This document shows positions 11,726 to 24,173 of a stretch of 64,000 bases of DNA, one piece after another. Both the position numbers and the translations under genes were made by a program. Within the stretch, counting starts at the first letter, position 1. Each line of letters opens with the position of its first letter. The notes beneath the pieces are model-generated. The model was not told the DNA's origin and did no database searches. It saw only the letters and a list, made by a program, of their open reading frames with translations. Source of the stretch: Negaprion brevirostris (taxonomy: Eukaryota); NCBI GenBank assembly GCA_030324005.1, contig JARDVH010000110.1:49871268-49935267 (forward strand), in the 5' to 3' direction.

Positions 11726-13258
11726 GTTGTCAATAAATCTGCCGAATTTATCAGTTAACACCAGAAAATTACTGTAAAAGCTTCTGGGTCATAACATAAA
11801 CTAACACTCACTGATATCGTATGAGAATGTAAATCCGCCACCACTGACCAGTTCAACACACCACACGATAGACTTAGCATGCTCAGCAATTAAGGTTGGA
11901 CAATATATAGTCACACATCCGTTGAGATAATAGCTATCTACAGCTGAATGGACTTGAAGTACCAGCTCAAGATTCATATACAAATAGTCATAATTTTAGC
12001 AAGATACTGTTGGGCAGTCAGTGCCATAGAATTGTACACTTTCATTGATGGAAGCAGAGAAAATACAAGAGAAACATAAGTTTCCAAGTAGTTTGGAAGC
12101 TTGCAAAATAAACTTGATAGTTTTACGCAGATAAAAGAACATCCCAAAGAGCTGACTAGATCACAAAAAAACTGCAGAGAAGGTGAAATAATGTCATTTA
12201 AAACACTGTTGCTCTTTCCTCCAATTCAGTCTTTGCCAGGTAGCAGCAGAGGTGAAATCTTTACCTAACATTGTCTGCTGGAAAGTGCATCTATGAATAC
12301 AAAAGTACAGTTAAGAATCAGGTTTGAGTGTGATGGGATAGGTTGACTTGAATTAAGGTACCAGGAAGGTTATGGCACCGTATTGTCAAACCCCAGCATG
12401 AATCGAAGCCTTCAAAAAAAAGGGAAAAAGATGTTCCTCAATAAACCGAATGGGATATATAAATGAAGCATATGTGCAACTTCGTCCATCCCAATCTCTC
12501 TATCTACACATTGCTGTGATCTTGTTGTGGTGCAACTGAACAGGTGTCGGTCGCCACAACCACTCCCTGAATCTCAAAGTTCCAATTATTCATGATCCTC
12601 AATAGCGATGTTGGTATGTTATTTGGAGGAAACACCACAAGGACGCAGATTCCTTTACTCTGCTGACATCTTGAATACATTGCCAATTCATGGACAGGAC
12701 AGGTTAGCCCAGGTTGTCCCTTCCTAATCAAGGGCAATGATGCCACTTGTAACACCTTTGACATCCTTCAAACCAAGACTGCTAAATGAGCAGAGGCCAG
12801 GGACCAATCCTGGGGGCTTATATGGCTCAGCTATGTAACCAAATTCAATACACATTAACAAATTCACTTTGTGTTTTGTTGCTAAGTTTGAATCATTTGG
12901 AGTTAGATTCATTTATGGACTCTTTTCATTGGGTTTGATTTATTTCTCATTTTCTCGTGTCACTGAAAGATGCACCAACATTCACTGATTGGTCTGTCAG
13001 GTAGATGACTTGCTCTTTGGCCTTTGCTCTCATCATGAGGCAAGTATAAACGTGAGCTGAAGTGATGATACCACCATTATTCACTAACCAATGACAGCAT
13101 ATCTGGAATTAGGAACTGGGTACCTCTTTGTAGGTGTGAAACCATATTTCAAAACTCTGTAACAGCACTTCAACCAAGTGCATACCACAATGTTATGATT
13201 AAGCTATTTATTATCTTCGAGGATTGATCCTGACAGTGCTCAGATTAGAACTCCTTAC

Positions 13259-13374
13259 CCCAATACCATGCCCAGTTCCTTGACATGTACTCTCATTTGG
13301 CCCTTAAGATATTCTGACAACATCTTGCTTTTGAAATACAGCTCCTGGAGTCGGTCTTCAAGGTGCATTATACA
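13259..13374 (-). CDS. FNIP1: FNIP1 exon 17
   Basis: 116 nt, atttag|TGT...GG|gtaagg. [39 protein letters not shown]. Confidence 0.97.
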
Positions 13375-14569
13375 CTAAATAAGAGAAATTTTAAACAGGA
13401 AAATCAGTTCAGTATATTGTGTATCAGAAACTATCCAAGGTAATGTCATCATCTGCACCAATAACTGTAAAGGTAAATTGGTATTCCATCTTCTGCCATA
13501 CGGAATACAAGGTAACTGAAGGGTGAGCCTCTCTTTCTATCTAGATTCCAATTCAAAGCAAATGTAATGGAACAAAATAATTTTCCATCAATTGAGACTA
13601 CATGCAATGTAAAATGAGCAACATTTTCAATTCCGTTCCTAGTGTTGCAACACAGTATTTAAAGTTCATCTTGCTTGGGGATGACAGTGAAGGCAAAAGG
13701 GTTACTGGTACGATTAGTTGTAAAAAAAAACGGTAGTGTAAAGGGAATTCTAAAATCAATTTCTCAAAGCTCCTCCGTACTGAGTCTTTACATGTTGTTC
13801 TGTTTCTCCAACTCAGTATTACCTTGCAAAATGCTTGCTTTCCTACAAGTAGAGACACTCCACATCTAGAACACAACACTAATGAATTTTAACTCGAGCT
13901 GGATCTCACACGGCAACTATTTTATATTCACCATAGATGCTGACTACTTGTTACACTATATTTGCACATAACCCTGCTGGGGTGTGACACTCACCCACTG
14001 GTCCTGTCTAGGTCAATTCCCACACTTTCCAGGATCTTTTCCATTTTTTAAAAACAATTCATTCACTTCAAAATTGTTCCTTTTAAGAGCCGCATTGCTT
14101 ACCACCTCCTTTCTACACCTCCACATTTACTTCAATAAAAGTTCTTTCTTCTTTTATCTTATTGTGACACTTACTCATCCTTGGCTATTTTATCCTTCAC
14201 CGGAACTGTTCTGCAACCTTTTTCAGCAAATTTTCTCTGCACACAATCATCCCCATCTTCACCGCAGAAAGTTTTCACACTTTGGCCAGATCACGAGTGG
14301 GGCTATTTTTCAAATTGAAATTTACAACTCTAGAGGGAGGCATTTGGTGGGGGTGGGGTGGGGNNNNNNNNNNNNNNNNNNNNNNNNNNNNNNNNNNNNN
14401 NNNNNNNNNNNNNNNNNNNNNNNNNNNNNNNNNNNNNNNNNNNNNNNNNNNNNNNNNNNNNNNGAGGGAGGCATTTGGTGGGGGTGGGGTGGGGGGGAGG
14501 GAGGGAGGGAGGGAGGAGGGGGGTCTTTTAGGTAGAGGGAGGCATTTGGCTCAACTCTTTGTTGAAGCA

Positions 14570-15000
14570 ATTCAATCCCAACACCTTAACTCTCTGTAAT
14601 AGTGTAACTTACTCAGCTTTAAATGCTTATCTATAATTCACCTAAAAAAAATGCAATGGCTTCACCTGAACCCCATTGTAAGCATTCCACACTCTAACTT
14701 CTCTATACAAGGACATTTCTCAATCTCCTCCTGTACTTGCAACATCAATCTTAAACTTGTGACTCCTCATTGACTCCTGAATCAGAGGAAATAGATGTTT
14801 AGTCATAACTTGCGCATATATTGAACACATGTAGTTTCAGCACTCTCAGTCAGGGGAAATAATCCCAATAAATCAAATTTCCCCTACAGCTCTATCTGCT
14901 ACAATTCTGATGAATTTACACTGTATTCTCAATAAAATGACAGGCAAAACTGATCAAAATACTCTAGCTGTGGCTTAGAAATTCTTCTGAACAAATTTCC
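14570..15000 (-). mobile_element. Highly decayed CR1 LINE fragment
   Basis: Resembles the reverse complement of CR1 3' regions elsewhere in the window (gcattccacactcta..., caaaatactctagctgtggc). Confidence 0.5.
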
Positions 15001-15862
15001 ACTGTGGCTTCTTGTTTTTGTGCATTGCAGTCCTATTTACAAAATCTAAAATATCTTGTATATTTGCATGTTGGATCTTGGTTCCTCTACACGCTTCAGT
15101 ATCTGTGAATAGATGCTTTTCTTCCTTATTTCTCCTTCCAGCATCTGTAACCTCCCACCTTTCTTCACTGAATTATTTCTGCTTCTCGCAACACACAACC
15201 CTGCACCCCCTCCCTCACACAAGCAGCCCCTCACGCTCCCTCTCTCATGTGACCCTACAACCGTGCTCTCCCACTCGGAGACTGCTACGCTTTCTAACTC
15301 ACACATTTAATATCAAAAGGCAAGGATAGAGGATGCAGAAGAGGAGTATGAGGTTGCTTCAGTTCACTTGTGTCATCCTGCAGCAACAGGAAGACATAAT
15401 TGCCAAGAAAGAGTACCACTAGATGCACACATCAGTTTTTAGTGGTAGACTGCCAGGCAGGCTTTTATGTCAGTGCTCTTTAATTTACAGATCACCAACT
15501 GGTTTTTGAAATGTTCATCATGGAAATAAATGGCTATTCAGATTTTGTGGGCCGTTGTAGATATAAACCAGATCAATAGCAGCATTGATGTTAGTCCAGC
15601 AGTAGCAATCTCGAACAGTTGTAAGTGGAATAAACTGGACTTTAAGATATAGGTGAAAATTCAACATTTTAATATTCTTGAACAGATTATAGCAACCAAA
15701 ATGTTAAAACTAAACATTTCCAAAATACTTATGTACAATGGAAAGCGGAACTAGGCACAGCTTTTTACAATCACATTGGTTTTATTTTCAGGAATCATCA
15801 GCAACAGTTTGAAGAATTCTAGTTAGTGGCCCCATCCCATATCATATCAATAGTATACTCAC

Positions 15863-16063
15863 AAAATTTGGTGAGAGGTTTAGCTTGTAGAGCTGCTGAG
15901 TGGAATGAAGCAAGTTAGATACTAGGCTGGACACAAGTACTTCTTTGCCAAGTTTGTTGTTGTCTGTAGCACGCCTCTGGCTACTTGCAACTTGCACTGT
16001 CCACTTGTCCAAGTCCGCGATAATGCAGACAGCTTCTGCTATTGGTTCATCCAACACTGAATG
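15863..16063 (-). CDS. FNIP1: FNIP1 exon 16
   Basis: 201 nt, gttcag|CAT...TTT|gtgagt. [31 protein letters not shown]...[10 protein letters not shown]. Confidence 0.97.
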
Positions 16064-16603
16064 CTGAACAGAAAGAATGTGACAAGTTAGTTAATACATC
16101 TTCTAATTTGGAGTATTAAATATCAAACATCTTGTATTTTTAAAATAAATACCATAATCAGGTCTTGCAGACCTACAATGGCCAAGGCTAGGGAACATAT
16201 TACCTGCTCTCAGCCATATAGAGCAGGTGGTGTGAAAAGGTTTAAAAAAAATCTTAAATAAACTAATATTTTTATTTTCCAATGTTCTTCTAATAAATAA
16301 CAACTTCTTCCATCAAGCTTTTTCATCAATAAACTGCCAATGTCAAGGTGTTTGACAAATATAATGGACAAGAGATATCCATAATACCTGAGTAAAATGG
16401 GATTTGATTCCAGTTACTGAGAACATAGAAGCTGAGGTTCAAAATAATCCCAAAACAACCCCCAAGAAATTGTCAATGGTCACGAGAGTTTATTATTGTA
16501 CAGTGTGCTGCGGTTGACTTAGTGGCCTAACTTTTGCATAGTAGCTGAATTGCAATGAACTTCATGAAATGAACTGAGTCAAATTATAAAATGAGTGACC
16601 TAC

Positions 16604-16772
16604 TTGTACAGCGTGCGTTAAGTCTGATGCCAAGCACTGCTTCAACTTCTCGTCACTGCCCGTTCCATGCAGAACAAAGTCAGACACGTAATGAGGGCAA
16701 TAACCACCAAAAAGGGATCTCCCAAAATTCGCCATACTGGGTTTATTGCAGCTTATTTCAACTACATTTGAC
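16604..16772 (-). CDS. FNIP1: FNIP1 exon 15
   Basis: 169 nt, tcatag|G...CAA|gtaggt. [56 protein letters not shown]. Confidence 0.96.
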
Positions 16773-17956
16773 CTATGAGAGAGAAAGAAAATGACATTAT
16801 ATTTAACTACATTAGAACATTTTGCAGCTTTCCAAGGCTTTTACTTGTCTGATTCTTTTTGACCAGTTAAGACCAAATTTAAAAGAATCACATTGTCATT
16901 GGCAGGAAGCACCACTTTTCCAGTTGAGCAAGGAAGAGGTAAAAATTTCAACTCTGGGATATATAAAATTTGCAACCAGGTCAACTCACATTGGCCATCT
17001 TCTCTGGCAATTAATAATCAAGTAATTGGAAGAGCCCAATCCATCTTAGCGAGATAGTGTGTCTTCAGCCTCAGCAAGTATCTGTACATTCTACTTGGAC
17101 ATTCTGGTATACTTAACATGTACTTAACATACTTAACCTTACACAGGGATTCAGACTGTGTCACATATCACAAATTAAGTTTTATTCAGTTTTTTAAGGA
17201 AATTTCTACAGTCTCCCCATAATTGATGCAAGATAACTTTGAAACAAGATAAAGTCAGACAATCGCTTCACAGTTAAAGGGGATAATTCCACAGTTAATG
17301 AACAGACATTCGTCTCCCCCAAATTAAGTTCCTCTTTTTGTGTAATCTTCTGTTTGGCACACAACCTAATTCAGAGAAACCGTATGTAAAACATTGGCAG
17401 CAAAATGCACTGTCACCACCTATTAGAATTTTAAACATACTTCAAGAAACAAAAGCAACCTGGAGCCACTCAGAATCCATGCACTAAAATAAAAATGTGA
17501 CATGTGAAGGAAGCAGGTAGGTGAATGACTGGTGATATTTTCTATTTATTGCACCTTGGAGGGCAGCAGGAAGGAGCAAGAGCTAGGTGAGGCATAAATA
17601 GCAGCAGAGAGAGACCTCATTTGGAGAGTGGTGGAGGGAAAGTTGGGGGAGTCATGAAAAGTGGCCTGTGGCAGTGGAGCACATGCAGAGTTTGAAAAAT
17701 GATATCAGCAATAAAAAGTGACATCGGCATGGGAAGGAACTGATTTATGAGTAGCTGGTGATGAGCAATTCTACTTTTTAGTCTCCAACTTATAATAAAT
17801 AGTCTAAGGCTAAGGCATGGCAGGACAGCTCAGCTGTGTGGAATGCACACCTTGTGCCATGTGAAAGGTTGTGGATGCTTTCTGTGGCCTGGATGACCAT
17901 ATGTGCAGGAGATGTCACCAGCTGTGGAAACCTGAACTCCAGGTTTTGGAATTCAC

Positions 17957-18590
17957 AGTCATACAGCACAGAAAGAGGTCCTTTGGCCCATTGTGTCTAG
18001 GCAGCCAGTATGTTCCTATCTATTCTAATCCCATTTTCCAGCACTGGATCAGTAGACTTTTACGTGATAGTGCTCATCTAAATGCTTTTTAATATTGCAA
18101 GGATACCCACCTCTACCACCCTTTCAGGCAGTGAGTTCCATCTCTACTAAAGGGGGAATGTTTACTCCTAACTACCCTATTTATATCCTTCATAATTTTA
18201 TACACCTCAATCAGGTCCCCCTCAGCCTTTGCTGATCTATGGAGAACAATGCCAGCCTAGCCATTCTCTCTTCATAGCTGAAGTGCACCAACCCTGGCAA
18301 CATCCTGCTGAATTTCCTTTGCATCCCCTCCAGTGCAATCACATCCTCCCCATAGTATAGTGTCCTGAACTGCACACAGTACTCTAGCAGTGGTCTAACA
18401 AGCGTTTTATAGAACTCCATCCCTTTTATCTTCTATGCCTCGGCTAATAAAGGCAAGTACCCCATATGCCTTTTTTTAACCACTGTATCTATCTGTCCTG
18501 TTGCCTTCAGGGATTTATGAACATGCATCCCAAGGTCCCTTTGGTCCTCTTTACTTCCTGGCATCTACCATTCATTGTGCATTTCCTTGC
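17957..18590 (-). mobile_element. CR1 LINE 3' fragment nested in the older CR1
   Basis: YKTLVRPLLEYCVQF...LEGMQRKFSRMLPGL peptide; 3' tail near 17960. Confidence 0.88.
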
Positions 18591-19578
18591 TCAGAGTAAG
18601 TATTTTAGATTTAATATTGTACAATACTCAAGTTGTAAATGAGCTTTTATGGAATGGTGACCATAATATGACAGAACTTTACACTGATGTTAATCAATCC
18701 AAAACCAAGTCTTAAATCTAAAAAAGATACTATGAAGATACAGGGGGTAAATTGGCTGTGATGGATTAGGAAACAACAACATTAAAAGGTATGACAGTAG
18801 ACAGACAATGACAGCATTTAACAATCAATACACAGTTTACAACAAATATCCTTTGAGGCACAAATATCCAACAGGAAAAGAGAGCAAATTATGGCTAGTA
18901 TTAGATTAGATCAAAGGAAGAATCTTATGAAGTTGCCCAAAAAAGTAGCAAGAAGTTTGGGATTATTTTAGAACTCAGCAAAGGAAGATCATGAAACTGA
19001 TTAAGGGAAAACAGAAATGAAAGTAAAATAGTGAGAACATAAAACGGAACTGTAAAAATTCTATAATTAAGTAAAAAGGAAAAGAATCGGAAGACAAATA
19101 TTGACTATTACAGGCAGAGACAGGAGACTTAGAAATGGGTAACAAGGAAATGACAGAGCAATGGAACAAATACTTTGTGTCCGTCTTCACTGAGGAAGAC
19201 ACAAAAAAATCCCCAAAATACAAGAGAACCAAGGGACTAATGAGAATGATAACCTGAAAGAAATCAGTATTAGTAAAATAGTACTGGAGAAATGAATGGG
19301 GCAATTAACGGGACTAAAAATTAATGAACTCCTGGGCCTCATGAATCACATTTCAGAGTGTTGAAACAGGTGGCTGTAAGGATAGCAGATGAATTGGTGG
19401 CCATCTCACAAAGTTCCAAAGGCTCTGGAATGGTTCTAGAGATTGGAAGGCAGCAAACATAACACCACTTTTAAGAGGGAGCTCCAGTCATGTTAGCCTG
19501 ACATCAGTAGTGGGGAAATGCAATGATCTACTATGAAGGATGTGATAACTAGGCTCATTGAAAATAATAGTAGAGTCA

Positions 19579-19714
19579 ATCATAGAATCCTACAGTGCAG
19601 AAGGAGGCGATTCCGCCAACTGAGTCTGCACCGACTACAATCAACCCAGCCCCTAACCCCATAATGCCATGTATTTACCCCAGCGAGCCCCCCTGACACT
19701 AAGGGGCAATTTAG
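19579..19714 (-). mobile_element. HE1 V-SINE tail type A (cut by gap)
   Basis: atcatagaatcctacagtgcagaaggagg...ctaaggggcaatttag. Confidence 0.8.
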
Positions 19715-20197
19715 NNNNNNNNNNNNNNNNNNNNNNNNNNNNNNNNNNNNNNNNNNNNNNNNNNNNNNNNNNNNNNNNNNNNNNNNNNNNNNNNNNNNNN
19801 NNNNNNNNNNNNNNTACCAGCGTTGTTGTGAAACATTTTTGAGTGCCTCAGGCTGGACTCTGTGATTTATGTTTCTCCTTTACTTATACTTTCTAATACT
19901 CTCTCCCACTAGGTGCTTTCTGTATGACCCCTTTTCTTATTTATTTGATTCCTTGTTAAATAAATCTGTTTGACTGTTAGATGCAAGTTAACTTCTAGAC
20001 TAAACCACCAGGCTGTGTACGTTCCTCTGGTTATATTAAACAGTTTTACCTTCTCCCCCTCACCTTGCGCCTTCAGTCTGGTCACATTTCCTCCTGTTCG
20101 AATTTTTAGCATCACTTAACAGTTCATCTTCTGCACGGCCCATTCTCATTCCCCAAACCTACTGTTCAAACCACTTACAGCAGCACACATCTACTCA

Positions 20198-20528
20198 GAA
20201 TCATGTAAACACTACAGTGCAGAAGGAGGCCACTCGGCCCATCAAGCCTGCACCGACAACAATCCCATCCAGGCCTCATCCCTGTAAACCCTGCTAATCC
20301 CCCCCCTAACCTACACACATTGGGACATTAAGGGGTAATTTTAACTTGGCCTATCAACTTAACCTGCACATCTTTGGACTGTGGGGGGAAACCAGAGCAT
20401 CCGGAGGAAACCCATGCAGACACAGGGAGAATGTGCAGACTCCATACAGACAGTGACCCAAGCCAGGATTCGAACCCGGGACCCTGGCACTGAGAGTCAG
20501 CAGTGCTAACCACTGTGTCACCATGCAG
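20198..20528 (-). mobile_element. HE1 V-SINE, full length, tail type A
   Basis: tRNA-like head (gtggttagcactgctg; gggttcgaatcc B box), V-domain and CR1-like tail. Confidence 0.9.
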
Positions 20529-22146
20529 CCATATTTTCATAAACGTGGATCAATGAGAGGGAAATCATGCTTGACAAACCTGTTGGGAATTTTCTGAGAC
20601 TGTAACAACCAGAATAGGTAAGGGGGAATCCCAGTGGATAGGTGTACTTGGATTTTCAGAAGGCTTTTGAAAAGATCCAAAAGTAGAGCACATGAGATTG
20701 GGGGTAATGTACTAGCATAGATTGACATTTGGTTAATAAACAGAAAACAGAGTGGAAATAAAAGCCATTGTCAGGTTGTCACTAGTGGGCTAAGGATCAT
20801 TGCTTGGACTCCAGCAGTACATAATCAATATCAATGATTTAATTTGAGGATCGAATGTAATATTTCTAACTTGGCTGATGACATTAAGACAACACGGGAA
20901 TGGGAGTTACGAGGAGCATGCAAAGGCTTCCAGGGCATTTAGGCACACAAAAGGAGTGGGCAAGAACGTTGCAGGTGGAAAATAATATGGAAAAAAGTAA
21001 ATTATCCATTTTAGAAGAGAAAACGAAAATACATCGTGTTTCTTAAATGATGGGACGGTGGGAAGTATTGATGTCCAAAGGGACCTGTCCCTGTTCATGA
21101 GTCATTGAAAGCTAATCTGTATATACAGAAAGCAATTGTGAAGGCAAATGGTTTGCTGGCCTTAGTATGAACAAATGAATTAGAAAGTACAGATCATTCG
21201 GTCCCTCAAGCCTGCTCCACCATTCAATAAGATCAGGGCTGATCTGATTATGCCTCAACACCACATCCTTATCCCTAAAACTTCTGACTTCTTTATTAGA
21301 CAGAAATCTATCTACTTCTGCTGTAAAAATATGCCAATAGGCCCCTGCGGCAAGAAGCACAGGTGGTGGTGGTGGAGGGGAAATGAGGGAAAGGTGCCGC
21401 CGCAAATGTCCCTGGGCAATCTGTTCGAAGACCCCTCTGGTGGCAGGAACACGAAGGAACCTGCTGCTGCCACTTAAGGTGCAGCAGGCAGTGGGAGTAC
21501 CCATCATGCCATGCCACATTGTGGGGGCAGTGGCCTCTCGCTGACCAGTGTCAAGATGGCATTGTCAGCTGCCAACTACAATGTGCTATGGATCAACTTG
21601 CAGGTGAACCAGGCGGTGGGTACTGGTGTCTCAGGGTCCTTCAGAATCAACTGGCAGCACCTGAAGGGCCAGGACCACCGTCACCATCCCAACCCCCAGT
21701 GCTCAGGAGTGCAGCTGGCCCTAGAGCCAAGGTGAGGAAGAAACTGGGAGGAGGCGCCAGAGGAAGGAGGAAAAGCACTGTAGTGAATCCAGAGATTGAG
21801 CGGGCAGCTCTGGAAAGCAGGCGAGACAGTGCCAAGGGGTAATCCGGACACTGGGCAGGAAGGTAAGGAAGAGGACACAGCAACAAGGAGGGAACAATTG
21901 GGTAGCAAATGGGCAAAATGGTGAAGGAGGAAAAATAAAGATATGGAACGACTCTGCCTCTTGTGATCAGTTTCAAGAGGATTTAAGTACAGGGATAAAT
22001 AAGTCTTGTTGTAATTGTACAGAGCCTTGGAGCATTGTATACAATTTTGGTCTTAGAGGCAATGCAACAAAGACTCACCAGGCTGATCCTGGGACAGTGG
22101 AATTATCTTGAGGAAATGGAGCAGACTGGGCCTATAATCTCAAGAT

Positions 22147-22310
22147 AAAAGCAAATTACTGTGGATGCTGGAATCTGAAACCAAAAAGAGAAAAATGCTG
22201 GAAAATCTTAAGCTTTGACAAAGGATCATCTGGACTCGAAACGTCAGCTCTTTTCTCTCCTTATAGATGCTGCCAGACCTGCTGAGATTTTCCAGCGTTT
22301 TCTCTTTTGG
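22147..22310. mobile_element. Palindromic short element, family 2, with hammerhead remnant
   Basis: ccaaaaagagaaaaatgctggaaaatct is inverted as agattttccagcgttttctcttttgg. Inserted in the CR1 at ctata/ctata. Related pieces at 27453-27552 and 62318-62418. Confidence 0.65.
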
Positions 22311-23134
22311 TCTATACTCTCTAGAGTTTTAAAGAATGAGAAGGAATCTCACCGAAACAAACAAAATTCTTACAGGGTTTGACAGGGTAGGAGCAGTGGG
22401 TTGTATCCCCTGGCCAGGGAAGAGTCTAGAACCAGAGGACACAGTTTCACTATAAAGGTTAGGCCATCTTAGACTGAACTGAGGAGAAATTTCTTCAATT
22501 GTAGGGTAGTGAATTTTTAGAATTCTTTACTCCAGAGGGCTGTGGAAGCTCAGTCATTGTGAATGTTCAAGGTAGAGGTTGATACATCTCTGGATATTAA
22601 ACACATCAAGGGATACGGACAGAATAGTGTGGGAAAATGGCACACTATTCCGTATCTCTTGATGTGTTTAATATCCAGATGATTTGCACCACAGGGAAAA
22701 TGGCATTGGGCTAGAGGATTAGCCATGATCTAGTTGAATGTTACGAGCAGGCTCAAGGGGTCAAATGGCTTCCTCCTGCTCCCATTTCCTCTGTCCCTAA
22801 ATTAGTTAGTCTAGTGGGGAACATTGTGCCAATATTAAATGACCCACCTGGAATTCTGAGCAATGAGATATCCAATAAACATTTGTTTTCAGAAAGTAAA
22901 CCGAGTTCTGTACTTAAGAGTTTCCTATAATTAGAGCACACTACATGGAATGTCTCATACTTCAGAATCACAGAGAATAAGTTTTTCACCATTAAAGTGC
23001 AGCAAAATAAATCCCAGAATCATTTGTCCAAATTACATGACTTCAATAAAATTGCAAAGATCTGAGTTAGTGGTGGGAACTAGCACTTGGAAATGGAAAG
23101 GGAAAACTACAAACAGAATATGTCAAATTTCTGT

Positions 23135-23438
23135 ATTAGAATCCCTACTGTGCAAGGAGGGTATTCGGCCCATCGAGTCTGTATTGACAACAATCTCACC
23201 AGTCGTATCTCCATAACTCCATGTAGTTATCCTGCTAGTCCCAACACTAAGGGGCAATTTTTAGCATAGCCAATCAACGTAACCTGCACGTCTTTGGACT
23301 GTGGGAGGAAACACCAGGGAAGAACCCACACAGACATGGGGAGAATGTGCAGCCTCCACACAGACAGGGACCAAAGGCCAGAATTGAACCTGGGTCCCTG
23401 GCACTGTGAAGCAGCATTGCTAACCTCCGTGCTGCCCG
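23135..23438 (-). mobile_element. HE1 V-SINE, full length, tail type A
   Basis: Same architecture as 20198-20528. Confidence 0.88.
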
Positions 23439-23596
23439 TTGTGCAGAATATAGTTCGAAGTACCAAAATTACTTGTGTTCAACTCTTGAAATCTGTACAG
23501 GATGTTTGTACATTTGCCTCTACTTCAAGGCAAAAAAAAATTGAAGTATAAGCTGATGTCGTTCTACAATACTGTGTTACTTAGCACATATGGCAG

Positions 23597-23780
23597 TATT
23601 TGTGGAGAGAAGCAAAGTTACAGGTCTGTGATCTTCCATTTGAACTGGCAGCAGTTCCGAAAGGTCACATACCTGAAACATTAACGTTTCTCTCTCCACA
23701 GATACTGCTAGACCTGCTTCATATTTCCACTATTTCTGTTTTCATCTTAGCTTTCCAGCAGCTGTAGCATTTTAGTTTTT
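23597..23780. mobile_element. Palindromic short element, older related family
   Basis: tgtggagaga...caggtctgtgatct inverted against aggtcacatacctg...tctctccaca; tail cagatactgctagacctgct resembles family 2. Confidence 0.5.
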
Positions 23781-24173
23781 GTGTTACTTAACACTGATAA
23801 TAACAGTGATCCTTTTCTGTATTTCAACTCATCTACAGCTGTTCTATGACTGCACCTGACCTGTTTCTGACATCTGATGAAACAAAAGCCACAGACAGTG
23901 CAATTTATACCACGATTCATTCACTGGCACCTGCCATCATTTTTATGCTGAAAAGTGGAGAAGATGTGCACATTCCAGCAGGGGAGTTACTGAACGGCAG
24001 TCAGGAGCAGGATCCCTGGCTAATTATCCCCTCCAGCATCTTTGCTGATTCCAAATTCTCTTCGAGGCAAACCAAGCTGAAGTTAAAGATCGACAAATAT
24101 GCCACAAAACATGTATCCCTAAATTTACTGCAAGATTTTCTTACTAAACGTGACAGAAATATTGTGTCCTTAC

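Larger units (their letters stand above)
17560..22800 (+). mobile_element. Long decayed CR1 LINE (ORF1 start, ORF2, 3' UTR) fragmented by nested insertions
   Basis: ORF1-like MAGQLSCVECTPCAM*...DDHMCRRC at 17817. ORF2 pieces at about 18650-19578, 20537-21165 (GKSCLTNLL, VYLDFQKAF-like, ADD), 21975-22140 and 22311-22800 with a CR1 3' tail. Confidence 0.75.
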
